Positions 24,805 through 26,563 of a stretch of 26,563 nt of DNA are shown here, one piece after another; position 1 is the stretch's first letter, and each line of letters starts with the position of its first letter. Made by a program: the position numbers and the translations under genes. Source of the stretch: a virus (Duplodnaviria; Caudoviricetes); IMG/VR virus record IMGVR_UViG_3300030397_000412, positions 1-26,563 of that record; one strand, 5' to 3'. A model generated the notes under the pieces. The model saw nothing but the letters and a program-made list of their open reading frames with translations, was not told the DNA's origin and did no database searches.

Positions 24805-24985
24805 ATAGTTCGATAACGTGCTCAATTACTTGAAAATGGCCGATGTCTGGGACTTTCATGCGTTCAAGCATCACCTGACGTATCATTTCTACCTCTTTGG
24901 CAATGTCTTTGCTGACAGGCATCCAGTAGTCGATGTCCTCATCTGGCATGTACTTACCTCGTTTTTTGCGTTGTTCTCTATTCAT
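24764..24985 (-). CDS. small hypothetical protein
   Basis: MNREQRKK start, common in phage ORFs; overlaps both neighbours. Confidence 0.55.
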   Translation of the reverse strand: MNREQRKKRGKYMPDEDIDYWMPVSKDIAKEVEMIRQVMLERMKVPDIGHFQVIEHVIELYARNLRAEDQKER

Positions 24986-25286
24986 TGTCTAGTTCTCGCT
25001 CTTGGGCCTTTCGGCTCTTGGCGACAAGGTTTTTAATCTTGTTGACGCTGCCTGGTGCAGTATCCTCCTCCATCTGTATTGCTTCTTCGTCTGTCATCTG
25101 TGGGAGAAACACAGCAGGCTCTTTTGGTTTGGTTGCTGCTACAGCCTGTTTCATGGAATCAACACCAATACGAGCGTCTACATCAGACTTTGACGCCTTT
25201 CCCCAAGCATGGTTGAATCCCAAAGTGAATCCGATCACAAATGTGACGCTTGCCAAAAGTGCTCCTATTGCTATACCCAAAAGCAT
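24978..25286 (-). CDS. N-terminally membrane-anchored protein
   Basis: MLLGIAIGALLASVTFVIGFTLGF transmembrane helix. Confidence 0.7.
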   Translation of the reverse strand: MLLGIAIGALLASVTFVIGFTLGFNHAWGKASKSDVDARIGVDSMKQAVAATKPKEPAVFLPQMTDEEAIQMEEDTAPGSVNKIKNLVAKSRKAQERELDNE

Positions 25287-25287
25287 A

Positions 25288-25545
25288 TCACTTGTATGTT
25301 ATCACAACTTTTTCTTTGTCGTTGGGCACTCTCGTCCAGACACCATCCTGTGCAATGATCTCCTCGGTATCAAGGTTTCTCACGACCATAGTGTTCTTGG
25401 GTATCTGTAGGCCAACGAGACGCTTTTGTAGCTCAAGTGTGGTCTTTTTATAAAACTTACGCTTTTCTTCTGCGACCTTTTCACGCTCAGCTTCAACTTG
25501 AACAGGCGTGTAGAGTCCAAAGATGCGTGCTATGAGTGATTTCAT
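25288..25545 (-). CDS. small hypothetical protein
   Basis: ATGA overlap with the groEL stop codon. Confidence 0.65.
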   Translation of the reverse strand: MKSLIARIFGLYTPVQVEAEREKVAEEKRKFYKKTTLELQKRLVGLQIPKNTMVVRNLDTEEIIAQDGVWTRVPNDKEKVVITYK

Positions 25546-26563
25546 TGTGGCATTGGTGGCTTGTGAGGATTCTCTGATTTCTCCTCTTTCGGCTCGTCAT
25601 ATACAACAGCGTTTGTAATTAAGAACAGTCCGACCACAGAGGATGCCTGCTCTAATGCTACTCGCTCAACTTTGAACGGGTCAACAACGTCATCAGGTAG
25701 TGCGTATGGGTCTTTGTTCCCCTCTAGCACCAATTCAGGGTTCTTTCCTTGATTCTCAAGTATTTGTGCTGCTGGTCTTCGCACTGCATTTCGTATGATC
25801 TGGTAGCCTGCACGGACATCACTGTCTCTCTCGTTGTTGATGAGCTTGTCGAGTACCTTTGATGCTTCATACAAGGCCATACCGCCACCGGTCACAATAC
25901 CCTCCTCGATAGCAGACTTTGTTGCGTTCACTGCGTCCTCGATACGGTACTGCTTTTCCGTTGATTCTTCTGCTGTTGCAGCTCCTACACGGATGACAGC
26001 AATACCACCTGCCAATCGAGCCAAACGCTTCTCCAGCTTATCTTTCTTGTAGCTGCTCTGCTCGTCTTTGAGATCACGCTTTATGCTGGCAATACGTGCT
26101 TTCTTGCCTTTTGCTTCACCTTTCGCTCCGATAATGACAGCACGGTTCTTGTAGACCTTAATCATATCTGCACGTCCCAGGTCTTCCATCGTTACGTCCT
26201 CAAAGTGGTCTCCGGTCTCCTCTGCGAATGTCTTTGCACCGGTAAGCAGAGCAAGATCATCGAGTTGTGCTGCTTGGTCGTCACCGTATCCTGGTGCTTT
26301 GATAACTACCACAGGCATGACTCCTTGCAGCTTGTTTTTGAGCAACACTACCAATGCTTCGCCCTGACATTCACGGGCAATAATCACCAGTGACTTGCTC
26401 TTGGTGTTGTCGTGTACCAGGTTCAGTACGTTTGCTACGTCTTTCACTGAGTTGAGTGGATGATTGACCAGAGCAATGTACGGATCATGCAGCTCAGCAA
26501 TGCCACGCTCTATGTTGGTCATAAAGTATGGGTTTACCCAGCCACTCTCAATCTGCATGCCCC
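25542..26563 (-). CDS. groEL: phage-encoded chaperonin GroEL-like (C-terminal part; 5' end beyond window)
   Basis: GMQIESG, KAPGYGD, DLGRA, KLEKRLARLAGGIAVIRVGA, RIEDAVNATKSAIEEGIVTGGG and VDPFKV. Confidence 0.95.
   Translation of the reverse strand, partial: GMQIESGWVNPYFMTNIERGIAELHDPYIALVNHPLNSVKDVANVLNLVHDNTKSKSLVIIARECQGEALVVLLKNKLQGVMPVVVIKAPGYGDDQAAQLDDLALLTGAKTFAEETGDHFEDVTMEDLGRADMIKVYKNRAVIIGAKGEAKGKKARIASIKRDLKDEQSSYKKDKLEKRLARLAGGIAVIRVGAATAEESTEKQYRIEDAVNATKSAIEEGIVTGGGMALYEASKVLDKLINNERDSDVRAGYQIIRNAVRRPAAQILENQGKNPELVLEGNKDPYALPDDVVDPFKVERVALEQASSVVGLFLITNAVVYDEPKEEKSENPHKPPMPQ

Overview
This is a 26.5-kb piece of a tailed dsDNA phage with podovirus-like gene order, coded almost entirely on the minus strand. 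From right to left it holds a partial GroEL-like chaperonin, small ORFs, a GpA-type terminase large subunit, portal, scaffold, major capsid and cement proteins, a tail/receptor module, two putative ejection proteins and a lysis module (Amidase_3, holin, CHAP-like). After a terminator comes an early region with two sigma70-like promoters sharing one palindromic operator, small ORFs, a start-less 3D-domain frame and the start of a Bet/RecT-like gene. The lack of Shine-Dalgarno motifs and the protein types suggest a Patescibacteria (CPR) host, which is inference only. The most striking signal is non-coding: each of the five largest intergenic gaps holds a structured RNA element on the minus strand, most with G-U wobble pairs. 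These include a ~250-nt bistable leader gating a strong SD, a four-hairpin pseudoknotted element and a long stem with a 35-nt G-free loop, and two of them follow a promoter plus boxA-like motif. Two tail-module proteins also carry Sec-type signal peptides. All folds were derived by eye and all protein calls come from motifs and synteny; no searches were run.
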